64,000 nucleotides of DNA, from positions 98,518,001 to 98,582,000 of the forward strand of contig JBNRSN020000007.1 of assembly GCA_051313645.2 (NCBI GenBank). The letters are read 5' to 3'. Source of the stretch: Centroscyllium fabricii. Its lineage: Eukaryota. A program made the translations under genes and the position numbers. Positions 37,392 to 49,211 of this stretch are shown here, piece after piece (position 1 is the first letter of the stretch; each line of letters begins with the position of its first letter). A model generated the notes under the pieces. It was not told the DNA's origin and ran no database searches. It was given only the letters and a program-made list of their open reading frames with translations.

Positions 37392-38485
37392 ACAATTGTA
37401 AGAAGTCTCACAACACCAGGTTATAGTCCAACAGTTTTATTTGAAATCACAAGCTCTCGGAGCGTAGCTCCTTCATCAGGTGTATGCAAAAGAGATTCAC
37501 TTAAACACAGCATATATAGAGGGAGAGAACAATGCAATCCTCTCAACAGTCCAACATCACACCTCAGCAGAGAGACACCCAAAGCAATCAAAGGTGTTCC
37601 AACACATCAGTCAGCCAGGCACCAGCCTGCGATCAATGAGGTGCAGTCACAAAGGGTCAAATGTTGCAGTCTGGTGTCTGTGTGAAAACCCACAGAATGA
37701 TTTTTTTTTTAAAGATTTTTCTTGCTGGAAATCGTAGCCGCATCCGCGTAGTGAGGATGAGCCAAAGACGACTCGAGTCTGGATGACTCTACATCAGGTG
37801 GGGTCACATGTAGCACGACATGAAGCCAATATCACGGTTGAGGCCGTGCTCATGAGTGTGGAACTTGGCTATCAGTTTCTGCTCGACAATTTTGCATTGT
37901 CGTGTGTCTCGAAGGCTGCCTTGGAGAATGCTTACCCGAAGATTGGAGGCTGAATGTCCTTGACTGCTGAAGTGTTCCCCGACTGGGAGGGAACACTCCT
38001 GCCTGACGATTGTTGTGCGGTGTCCGTTCATCCGTTGTTGTCGTGTCTGCATGGTCTCGCCAATGTACCATGCAGACATATGTACCATGCATCCTTTCCT
38101 GCAATGTATGAGGTAGACAACGTTGGTTGAGTCACATGAGCAATCATGCTGTGGGTTTTCACACAGACACCAGACTGCAACATTTGACCCTTTGTGACTG
38201 CACCTCATTGATCTCAGGCTGGTGCCTGGCTGACTGATGTGTTGGAACACCTTTGATTGCTTTGGGTGTCTCTCTGCTGAGGTGTGATGTTGGACAGTTG
38301 AAAGGATTACATTGTTCTCTCCCTCTATATATGCTGTGTTTAAGTGAATCTCTCTTACATACACCTGATGAAGGAGCTACGCTCCGAAAGCTTGTGATTT
38401 CAAATAAAACTGTTGGACTATAACCTGCTGTTGTGTGACTTTGTACAATTGTCCACCCCAGTCCAACACCGGCACCTCCACAGCA
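37392..38485. mobile_element. Penelope-like element: inverted pseudo-LTR pair around a GIY-YIG endonuclease fragment
   Basis: ~315-bp inverted repeats (37388-37702 / 38140-38456); NVVYLIHC...WYIGET...RMNGH...GLNRD on -; 13-bp TSD TGTATTTATGTGG (37379-37391, 38486-38498). Confidence 0.9.
38362..38396 (+). ncRNA. Minimal type I hammerhead ribozyme in the Penelope pseudo-LTR
   Basis: CAC-CTGATGA-A-GGAGC-TAC-GCTCC-GAAA-GCT-T-GTG: intact core, 5-bp stem II, palindromic AAGCTT stem III. Confidence 0.75.
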
Positions 38486-39649
38486 TGTATTTATGTGGTA
38501 TTCCCAGCTGTCAATTAATGCCCTCATACAATGGCCACTGAGTTTCCGCCCCAACTTCAGGCGAGCTTCCTGAGCTGCGTGCTTCCCGTTAGATTCAGAC
38601 GCTGCAGTTAAAAACGCTCATAAGGGTCTGATAACAAGCAGGCAATGAGTTGAATTAGGTCGCCCACCTCTGCCGATCGGGTCCGTGGCGAGCTGGGAAA
38701 CGCGCCCGAGTTAAAGGTGCGAGGAGGCGGGATGTTGGCAGGTTCCCGACATGCTGTCTATTTCCGCTATTTTAACAGCCAACCCACCTCCAAACGCACA
38801 CGCACGGCAATGGGAAAATTCCGGCCATTATTTTGGTTTGAGCTTTTATATATGTCGTACTTTTACTTCTTCTTGCCTTTTTAACTGCAGAAGCAAAATT
38901 AGCCTAACCTATCTCTCGATTCAAACATGACTCCCAGATTGGAACCATCTCCACCTACTAAATATCCTCAAACAATTACTGAGGCTAAAATTTAGAAGTA
39001 ACTGTCAGTTAAACACATAACTGAGCAAAATAAACCTTATGGATTTGAATGTTGTGTGGCTTCTCCCTTTAGCTTTGGTGAAATCCATCAAATCCTTGCA
39101 ACATTTGTGTCAAGTTAAGCTAGGACATGATTATAACTGCAGTTGATTAATTCCCTCTTTCTCTGATAGTTTTCTGGCACGTGTAGGGACAGAAAATTGC
39201 TGGGTGATTCGTTTTGGTGGATCCCTGTTCATTTTTACAACAGTCATACTCTCTGATAGAAATGGCACTGGAAACACCCACCCAAACATGGACACAGATA
39301 TTTTAATGACATGTTGCTTGTGATACATCTCATTTTCTGTCTTTTCTCTGTTCTAATGCAAGTAAATAACAACTGTGTAAAACAGGCATAAAGCATTGCC
39401 AATCGCTACTGAGAAGGCATTACTGCTTTTAAAGGGCCACAGCGCATAATTTGAAAGTCTTGTGAAATCTTTAGTTTAAAACGATTTCGAAATTTTAAGA
39501 TTTTTTTTCCTGCTACTGACTACAGCTTTAAATTTACCTGTGTACTTTTGCCTGTGGAGCTTCCATTTTTGCCTCCATCATTCTACAGACCACTGTGGGA
39601 TTCCTACTAGGAGCACTTCCCTGTTTGCTTTTTGAAAGGCGATGGGGAT

Positions 39650-42085
39650 GAACAGAAGGAACAAGAGTAGGCCATTCAGACCCTCAAGCCTGTTCTGCTA
39701 TGCTGATCTTAACTCCATTCACCTGCCTTGGCTCCATATTCTTTCATACCCTTGTCCAGTAAAAAAATATCGATCTCAGATTTCAGATTATTAATTGAGC
39801 TAGCATCTACTGCTTTTTGTGGGAGAGTGTTTCACACTTCTACCGCCCTTTGCATGAAGAAGTGTTTCCTAACTTCACCCTTGAATGGCCTGTTTCTGGT
39901 TTTAAGGTTATGTCCTCTTGTCCTAGACGCCCCCACCAATGGAAAAGGTTTCTTTCTCTCTACCCTATCAATTCCTTTCAAAATCCTACAAATCTCAATC
40001 AATTCACCCCTTAACCTTCTATATTCCAGGGAATACAAGCCTAGTTTATGTAATCTCTCCTCATAATCTAACCATTGGAGCCCTGGTAACATTTGGGTGA
40101 ATTTGCGCTGCACTCCTTTCAAGGCCAATATATCCTTTCTAAGGAACTGAACACATATCCCCAGATGTGGTCTAACCAGGGCTTTGTATAGCTGTAGCAA
40201 AACTTTCTCCCCTTTATATTCTAGCCCTCTAGTTATAAAGGCAAACATTCCATTAGCCTCTTGATCATTTTTTGTACTTTTTAGTGATCTGTGTACATAG
40301 ACCCTTAAATCTCTTTAAACCTACACTGTTCCTAGCTTTTCACCATTTAAATAATACTCGGATCTATCCTTTTTTGGTTCAAAATGGATGACCTCACATT
40401 AAAGCTCATGGAATTGCAGGCAAATTGTTGACCACGCTGGGTGGGCTCAACAAGGTCAATCAAGTTAAAATCGCGTGGATTGATCACATCTCGATGGAGG
40501 TGGGACTACAATGCCAAAAGTTGTAGTCCCGCCTCCTACCCGATTTCTGAATTAAAATCTCCCCCTACTAGTCACTGAATTCCAATTCGAGGACATACCC
40601 ATTATCCCTAACCTCTGCCTTCTACTGGCTAACCAATCTCCTAATCAGATCAACAATTTCAAGATTCAAGATAATTTTATTGCCATGAGTAACTCGTACA
40701 ATGGAATGCTTACTCTGCATTCACTCCCACAATTATAAATGTAGAAAAGCAAAAAAAAGTTTAAAAAAACAAAAACAAAAGTATAAATATAGAAAAAATA
40801 ATAAGCAAATAAACAAATAAGTAACGAGTGCAATTAGCAATTAAGTAGGCGCACTGCCTGTGGGTAGAAACTGTTTTTGAACCTGCTAGTCCTGGTTCGA
40901 ATGCTGCAGTATTGACGGCCGGACCGCAGGAGGGAGAACAGATTGTGCCCAGGGTGATTGGGGTCCTTGATGATGGAGCGGGCCTTGATCCGACACCTGG
41001 CCTGGAAGATCTCCTCGATGGATGGAAGTGCACACCCAATGATTTTTTCTGCCGTCCTCACGACCCTCTGAATGGCTTTCCTGTCCTGAGCAGTGGTGTT
41101 GCCATACCACACAGTGACGCCACCCGACAAGACGCTCTCTATGGTGCCGCGGTAAAAGTTCACAAGCCATTGTGTGCTTATGCCGCATTTCCTCAGGCAC
41201 CATAAAGGGTAGAGGCGCTGGTGTGCCTTCTTCAGCATTGCCTCAGTGTTATAGTTCCAGGTCAGGTCGTCAGAGATCTGCAGACCTAGGAATCGGAAGC
41301 CACTGACTATTTCTACCGGTGTCCCGTCTATGATAATTGGTCGGTGGTTCCCTTGATGGCATCTGAAGTCCATGATGAGTTCCTTAGTCTTGCTGATGTT
41401 CAGGGCAAGGTTGTTATCATTACACCATCTCATCAGCTGAACTATCTCATCCCGGTACTCCGTCTCATCCTCATTGCTAATCAGGGCAATTACCGTGGTG
41501 TCATCGGTAAACTTTATTATCCGGTTGTTGCTGTGTCGGGCTGTACAATCATTTGTAAACAGAGAATACAACCGAGGACTGAGGCAGCAGCCTTGTGGCG
41601 CTCCGGTATTGAGGACCAGTGTGGATGAGGTGTTGTTCCCTATTTTCACCACTTGAGGCCTACCAGTCAGGAAGTCCAGAATCCAGTTGCAGATGGGGGT
41701 GCCCAGACCTAGGTCCTTCAGTTTCAGGATTAGCTTGGAGGGAACAATGGTATTAAATGCAGAGCTGTAGTCAATGAACAACATTCTGATGTAGGTGTCC
41801 CTTCTGTCTAGGTGTTCTAGGATAGTGTGCAGTGTTAGGGAGATGGCGTCATCCACAGACCTGTTTGCCCTGTTTGCGAACTGGAACGGATTTGCCTGCA
41901 ATTCCATGAGCTTTAATTTTAGCTAACAGTCTCTTATGTGGAATGTTATCAAATGCCTTCTGTAAGTCCATATAAACTACATCCATAGAGATTTCCCTGT
42001 CTACTACCTCAGTTACTTCCTCCAAAAATTCAATTAGGTTTGTTAGGCATGACCGAACCTTAACAAATCTATGTTGGCTTTCTCA
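39650..42085 (-). mobile_element. CR1 LINE fragment interrupted by a MITE end and a Rex1 insertion
   Basis: LLQLYKALVRPHL...RRLRGELIE...TRGH...HFFMQRAVEV; CR1 3' tail. Confidence 0.85.
40660..41889 (-). mobile_element. Rex1/Babar LINE, 5'-truncated, open RT frame
   Basis: 357-aa ORF 40834-41907: [27 protein letters not shown]; TSD ATTT (40656-40659, 41890-41893). Confidence 0.9.
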
Positions 42086-43175
42086 ATAAAATAATGGACG
42101 TTGAATTCCCAAAAGGGATTATGCAACTTATAATTAAAAGCCAGGTATTTAAATTTGTACGGTGGAAATTCCAGATTACCAACACAGGCCAATTGAAGAT
42201 CAAAAATAGTGCACCTTTCTGTGACCATCGCAATTAAGATTCTTGTGGAATCTTTAAGATTTTATCTGAATACTGACCCTTTAAGATTGCCCTTTTATCC
42301 TCTTGATTAGTAGTCCTGTAGTAGATTGCTGTCACCATCTTTTTATGGAGCACCTTTCTGCACAGCAGTGGGGCCATGAGGACCCACATCTACACTGATA
42401 TCCCTCCTAGAGAGGAGGTGTATGAGCCTCTGCCATCTATTCTCCATACATAGCCATCTATCCCCCACAGATATCTATTTATTCTCCATAGAGACCATGT
42501 GCTCCTGTAAGTGGTGCATTAGCTGCTCCATGTAGGTGGCCATCCTATCCATGGAGGAGCCTACAGTCGCCATCGCCTGCGACACTGGTGCTCATGTTGG
42601 AGATGGTCTCCTCCATTCTCTGAACATTTACAAACATCACACTTGCAAAACCTGTCAGAGCCCCCTGCACCTCCAGGATCGACCTCTTTCTGGATGGCCC
42701 CCGAGGCCCAGCATCTGCATGCAGCTGAGCAGAGCTGGGAGCGTCCTGCACCCTCTAGCGAGGAGTCTCCACTGCTGTTCATGTCAACACCATCTGCTCT
42801 TGCTCACTTGTGAGTTGCGATACACCAGGTGACAACACTATCTTGCGTGGAACCCACCCAGGTGTGCATCTCTGCGCTGGTGCTGGGTACGCTTATGTCT
42901 GGTGACTGATGAAATATATATACTTTCATCAGCCTGTGTTTCTACCTTAGACTTACCTGTAATGTACCGCCCACTTTTCTGTTGTATGTATTGGGCTCCG
43001 CCCCCTGTCTTTTGCCATATAAAGGACTCTTGAACTGTATGAGTCATTTGACCTGGAGAACTCAGTGTGGAATCATGTACCACAGTTCTTAGCTATTGAA
43101 AGCCTACCTTTGAGTCCTTAAAACTCTAGTTTGTGTTATTGATGGCCCATCAATTTTAATAGCTAAAACACCGAG

Positions 43176-44387
43176 ATGGATCGACTCCTGATACCAGAGC
43201 GCTTGGATCAAGACCCCCATACCTCAGATGCAGCTGCACAGTTCGGACACTGGTTCCAGTGCTTCGAATTTTTTCTTGAAACCTCTGCTGCCACTATAGC
43301 AGCCACGACCACCACCGGGGATGTGAAGCTGGGAATTCTACAAAATCAGCTGAGCCATCGGGTCTCAACCCTCATCAAAGATGCCACTGGCTATGGGGAT
43401 GCCTGCACCACCCTGAAGGTCCACTACGTGCGGCCAGTGAACGAGGTGTACGCCAGACATCTTCTGACTACCCGCAAGCAGCGGCCTGGTGAGTCACTGA
43501 AGGATTTCATGCTGAGCCTAAAAGTACTGGGCAGAGACTGTAACTGCAAGGCTGTGTCTGCCACCGTGCACATGGAGGAGCTGATCCGCGACTCCTTTAT
43601 TGCAGGACTCAGTTTGAACTACATTCGACAGAGGCTGTTTGAGAAAGAGAAAATAGATTTAAAACAAGCTATGGACATAGCGCGATCGCTGGATATGGAC
43701 CAGAGGAACGCTGAGTCCTATTCCTCAGGCCACGCGGCCCACCCTGCCTCGTGCGCGCCGTGGGGGAAGCCATCTTCGCCTCCCAGACTTCAGGCCAGCC
43801 CAGCACCATCGGAGTCCCAGCCTCCACCCAGGAGCCCCACTACTACCGCGATGCATCGGGGCCTGAAATGTTACTTCTGCGGCCAGGACAGGCACTCCAA
43901 GCTTCTGTGCCCAGCGAAGGGCACCACTTATTTCAAATGCGGGAAGAAAGGACACTTCAGCAAAGTCTGCAGAGGGAACCCGGCCTCCAGCTCCTCCACT
44001 GCCGCGTGCACGCCGTGGGGGCAGCCATCTTGGACGCCATCTTGCCCCGACTCCTCCAGCTCCTCCACTGCCGCATGCATGCTGTTGGGGCAGCCATCTT
44101 GGACGCCATCTTGTCCCAACTCCACGAACTCCCAGGACCCAATGGTGGCCTCGATCATGGAGGATCAATCCAGGCCACACCCATTGTCTAAATCAATGAG
44201 GGACATAAAAGTAAACGGGAACAAGGTGAAATGCCTGATTGACTGCGGGAGCACCGAAAGCTTCATCCAACCTAGCCTGGTGAAGCGACTTTCACTAACG
44301 GTAGTCCCTGCACAGGGAAAATTGCCATGGCTGACAAGCCTCATACCTCCCATATTACAGGTTTTTGCATGGTCATGTTATCGGTAA
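43176..44387 (+). CDS. Gypsy Gag (CCHC knuckles) plus aspartic protease
   Basis: CYFCGQDRHSKLLC; protease LIDCGS. Confidence 0.85.
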   Translation: MDRLLIPERLDQDPHTSDAAAQFGHWFQCFEFFLETSAATIAATTTTGDVKLGILQNQLSHRVSTLIKDATGYGDACTTLKVHYVRPVNEVYARHLLTTRKQRPGESLKDFMLSLKVLGRDCNCKAVSATVHMEELIRDSFIAGLSLNYIRQRLFEKEKIDLKQAMDIARSLDMDQRNAESYSSGHAAHPASCAPWGKPSSPPRLQASPAPSESQPPPRSPTTTAMHRGLKCYFCGQDRHSKLLCPAKGTTYFKCGKKGHFSKVCRGNPASSSSTAACTPWGQPSWTPSCPDSSSSSTAACMLLGQPSWTPSCPNSTNSQDPMVASIMEDQSRPHPLSKSMRDIKVNGNKVKCLIDCGSTESFIQPSLVKRLSLTVVPAQGKLPWLTSLIPPILQVFAWSCYR

Positions 44388-46811
44388 AAGGCAATGATTA
44401 TAAAAAATTTAAACTGTTGGTAATGCCAGATCTCCGTGTGAGCGTGATCTTGGGTCTGGATTTCCAGTGCCACCACCAAAGTATCACGCTTACCTATGGT
44501 GGGTCCCAGCCGCCCCTCACAGTGTGCGGTCTGGCTACCCTGAAGGTCAAGCCACCCTCCCTGTTCGCCAATCTCGCACCAAACTGTCGCCCTATAGCGA
44601 CCAAGAGCAGGCGGTACAGCGGGGAGGACAGACGGTTCATTGCGGCGGAAGTGGAAAGACTACAGCGAATTATTGAATGCAGTACCAGCCCGTGGCGCAC
44701 CCAGGTGGTCGTGGTTAAGGGTAGCGAAAAGAAGCGGATGGTGATAGACTATAGCCAGACGGTTAACCTATGCACCCAGCTGGACGCCTACCCCCTGCCC
44801 CGCATAGCGGATATGGTCAATGAAATCGCTCAATACCGGGTGTTTTCCACCATTGACCTAAAATCAGCATACCACCAGCTCCCCATTAGGCCGGGGGACC
44901 GTCCATATACCGCCTTTGAGGCGAACGGACGCCTCTACCACTTGCTCAGAGTCCCCTTCGGGGTAATGAATGGGGTCTCGGTCTTCCAGAGGGAGATGGA
45001 CTGCATGGTCGATGAGAACCAGTTAGCAGCCACCTTCCCATACCTTGACAACGTCACCATCTGCAGCCACGACCAACAAGACCACGACTCGAACCTTGCA
45101 AGGTTCATGAAAACCACCCACAGGCTCAACCTCACCTACAACGAGGATAAGTGCGTCTTTAACACAATGCGCCTCTGTATCCTGGGCTGCGTGGTGGAAA
45201 ATGGGGCTACCCCTACCAAGCACCCCCAAGGACCTGAAAAGGTGCCTGGGGTTCTTTTCCGACTACGCCCAATGGGTCCCCAATTACGCCGACAAGGCCC
45301 GTCCCCTCCTGAAATCAACGTCCTTCACGCTCACGGCCGAGGCCCACGAGGCCTGCAACAGTATTAAGCTCGATATTGAGAAGGCCGCGCTGCGGGCAGT
45401 GGACGAAGACGTCCCTTTCCAGGTAGAAAGCGATGCGTCCGACTTCGCTTTAGCAGCCACCCTCAATCAGGGTGAGCGGCCCGTGGCCTTTTTCTCAAGA
45501 ACCTTCCAAGGGCCCGAGACCAGGCATTCTTCGGTAGAGAAAGAGGCCCAAGCTATAGTGGAGGCAGTGCGGCACTGGAGGCACTACCTAGCCGGAAAAC
45601 GCTTCACCCTGCTTACCGACCAGGGGTCGGTAGCTTTCATGTTTAATAACATGATTAAAAATGATAAAATCCTCAGGTGGCGGATCGAACTCTCTACGTT
45701 CGAGTACAACATTATATATAGGCCGGGGGACCTCAACGAATCCCCCGATGCCCTATCACGAGGGATGTGTGCCAGCATCCAGGGACACAGGCTACAGGCC
45801 CTCCACAATGACCTCTGCCACCCGGGATTCACCCGGCTATTACACCTTATAAAATCCCATAACCTGCCCTACTCCATCGAGGAGGTCCGGTCCATGACCA
45901 GTAACTGCTGCATCTGTGCGGAATGCAAGCCCCATTTTTACAGGCCCGACCGAGCCCACCTGATCAAAGCTACACAGCCATTCGAGCGCCTGAGCTTAGA
46001 TTTCAAGGGACCCCTCCCCTCCACCAATCGCAATGTGTACTTTCTCAACATTGTGAATGAGTACTCACGCTTCCCATTCGCCTACCCCTGCCCAGACATG
46101 ACCAGTGCCACGGTCATCAAGTGCCTCGGCAGCCTGTTTTGCATGTTCGGCATGCCAAACTACATCCACTCTGACAGAGGGGCGTCATTTATGAGCGACG
46201 AACTGCGCCAGTACCTGCTGTCAAAAGCGATAGCCACGAGTCGGACCACTAGTTATAACCCCCGGGGTAATGGGCAAGTGGAGAGGGAGAACGTGACAGT
46301 GTGGAAGGTGGTCGCCTTAGCATTAAGGTCTAAAGGCCTCCCTGCCTCCCGCTGGCAGGAGGTCCTCCTAGACATACTTCACTCGATCAGGTCGCTCCTG
46401 TGCACCGTGACCAATGCCACTCCTCACGAGAAGATGTTTGCATTTCCCCACAAATCAACTTCAGGAGTGTCCCTACCTTCATGGCTCTCCACCCCAGGAT
46501 CTGTCCTACTACGGCAGCATGTGAGGGGCCACAAAACGGATCCCATTGTGGAGGCAGTACACCTACTGCACGCGAACCCGCAGTACGCATACGCCAAGCA
46601 CGCCGACGGGCGTGAGGACACTGTGTCCATAAAGGACCTCGCCCCGGCAGGAAGCGACGGCATCCCGCCCTCACCACCCCCAGAATTACCTGCTACACCC
46701 CCTGCACATGGGTATGCCCAGGAGGGCACCACAGACACCCGGCCTGAACCCGGGGTACTGTTGCGCCAGTCAGGACGGACTATCACACCCCCGGACAGAC
46801 TAAATCTGTAG
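44327..46811 (+). pseudogene. Gypsy Pol (RT-RNase H-integrase), frameshifted
   Basis: IDLKSAYHQ, PFG, YLDN; ESDASD, EKEA, LTDQ; HxxxxHPG..CxxC; LDFKGP, HSDRG, NGQVER. Confidence 0.9.
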
Positions 46812-48279
46812 AAGGGGTGAATGTGATGAAATACATATACTTTCATCAGCATGTGTTTCTACCTTAGACTTACCTGTAATGTGCGTGTATGTACCGCCCC
46901 CTGTCTTTTGCCATATAAAGAACTCCTGAACTGTATGAGTCATTTGACCTGGAGAACTCAGTGTGGAATCATGTACCACAGTTCTTAGTTATTAAAAGCC
47001 TACTTTTGAGTCCTTAAACCTCTCGTTCGTGTTATTGATGGCCCATCAGTGACGGTGCGCCCTCACAGGGTGGAGGCTCATCTGAGGAGTCGTCTTCCTC
47101 TTTCTCCTGGACAGTGGGCGGTGGGGCTTCTTGATGGACCTGTGGGAGAGTAAAGAGATGAGTTAGATATGTCATATGAAGAATGGATACAGATACCATT
47201 ATGCACATGATGACCATTCACTGGATACTAACGTCTGTCCCCATATGAGTGACTGATGTATGCCATATAGCTGTATGATATGGTATCTGTCACCAGGTTA
47301 CTGAGATGGCCCCCTCTCTCCGTCTCCCACCTCTAGCTGCTTGGTGACTCCAGATATTTCTAAAGCACCCTCCTCTGCTGTTGTAAGGTTTGCAATTTAA
47401 TTCAATTAAATTTTTATTGTCATTGCAGTGTACTAGTACAATACAACGAAATGTAAACTCGCCGCTCCCGAGAGTAGTGCAAATAAGTTACATGGGTTGC
47501 ATACAATAAAGTACATTTCAGGTGTGCAGATAATGGAGTTTTTTGTTAGAGTTCAGGAGACTGACAGCCCTGGGGAAGAAGCTATTCTTGTTGTAAATGT
47601 TGGAGGGCCACTGCCGGTTCTCTCCCCCTCCCTCTTATTTTGGGATTTATTTTCCTGCAAGGAGGGAAAGAAGAGAAGGTTGAGTGAGAGTGATGGAATG
47701 AGTGTAAGGAATGGATGGGTTCGATTTTTTGAGGGAGACTCTGATGGAGTGTGGTGCCAGAGCCAAGTGGCCTTTTTATGTGTTGTTAGTTGGTATAATT
47801 GCACTAGGATGAGGGTGAGTGTAAGGGGTGGTTAGTCAGATGGGGATGTGATAATGAAGATAGAAATGAGTGAACATGCAAAGTATGTTGGTGTGAGTAA
47901 GGATGTGCAGGGGTAGGCTAGGGTAGGCAGAGTGATGAGGATGTGATGAGATGCACAGCAGGATGAAGTTGAGTGTGGCTTTTGTACTCATCTTTCCTGA
48001 TCTAATGAGATCATGCAAAAAGTCAAACAACACCAGGTTTAAAGTCCAACGTTTTATTTTAAATCACAAGCTTTCGGAGCGTCTGCCCCTTCGTCAGGCA
48101 AAGAGAAACTGAAGTCAAAGATCACACACATGGGGGAGGGGAGAAATTTGATCCCATAGATCCAACCCTAGAGCACACAAGCATATTAGCATACCTTAAC
48201 ACCTCAGTCTGCAAACAATGGGGCACAATTGCAAAACACAGTGTGATTTTTTTCCCCTTTTTTAAAGCAAAAAAGACAC

Positions 48280-49000
48280 ATCAGTTTTCCGTCCATCGCT
48301 GCATCCGGGAGGTCACAGAAGTTCTCTACAGTAGGAGAAGGGACTACATTCCATTCCCCATCACCAGAGAGAAGCAGGATGAGCGTGCATGTGGCTTTGC
48401 CAGGATAGCTGGATTCCCATGGTGCCATTGACAGCACCCACATGGCTTTACAGGCACCGCATAACAATCCTGAAATCTTCCATAACCTCAAAGGCTACCA
48501 CTCACTTAATGTGCAGTTAGTGTGCGACCACAGACAGCGATTCCTCAATGTGAATGCCCGCTATCCTGGCAGCAGCCATGATGCCTTCATCTTGTACCAG
48601 ATATTTCAACACTCTTCCAGCCACCACATTAAGCTACTGGTCAGAGGCAGGGGCTATCCGCTGTCCACATGACCCCCCTCCGCAATTCCAACACTCGTGG
48701 ACAACACTCATATAATGAGAGCCATGCTGCCACCAGGAACATCATTGAGAGGACCATCAGGGTGCTCAAGCAATGGTTCCGCTGCCTTGACCACTTGGGA
48801 GGAGCCCTCCAGTACTCGCCAGAGCAGGTCTCCCATTTCATCGTATTGTACTGCATGCTCCACTCTTTGGCCATCATGAGGTATTGCGGGACCACCTCAG
48901 GGAGAGAAGGAAGGGGAACAGGAGCGAGGGAGGAGGCAGCCACTCAATCGGCCTTCCAGAAGGGTGGTCCGTGACCGCTTCATCAGACTGCGGTTCCAGT
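48280..49000 (+). pseudogene. Harbinger transposase fragment
   Basis: [37 protein letters not shown]. Confidence 0.8.
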
Positions 49001-49211
49001 AAATTAAACCCCAGATCCCGTTGCTCACCACATTCCCATCATTCCATCCCTGTCGCAGGTTATATCACAGCGCACAGCTGAAATGAGGGACAGTACAAAA
49101 TTATCCAAAGTGAATTAATAAATTTATCAATAATCAGTGGTCACATCTTTATTACAACAAAATTTACTATTCACACTTCTGCAATCCCTTAGTGTCTTGC
49201 ATTACTGGGGC

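Larger units (their letters stand above)
30984..38826 (-). mobile_element. Second decayed full-length Harbinger with at least six nested insertions
   Basis: TIR GGCCAGAATTTTC / GAAAATTCCGGCC; flanks GTT/ATT; Myb gene on + (exons 31228-31455, 31786-31943, 32082-35751 interrupted); transposase on -. Confidence 0.7.
42907..47048 (+). mobile_element. Ty3/Gypsy LTR retrotransposon, near complete
   Basis: LTRs 42907-43152 and 46824-47048 (TG..CA); TSD GTGAC; PPT AGAAGGGGTGAATG; no TGG PBS. Confidence 0.95.
42360..48020 (-). mobile_element. Harbinger Myb gene relic split by the Gypsy at 42907-47048
   Basis: NVQRMEETISNMST coiled-coil, ERTGSGPP exon 2, donor-like end at ~47990. Confidence 0.65.

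Noticed and set aside
37804-38364. Standalone 186-aa GIY-YIG nuclease gene
   Set aside because: The N-terminal part is read-through of the inverted pseudo-LTR; it is a rearranged Penelope fragment
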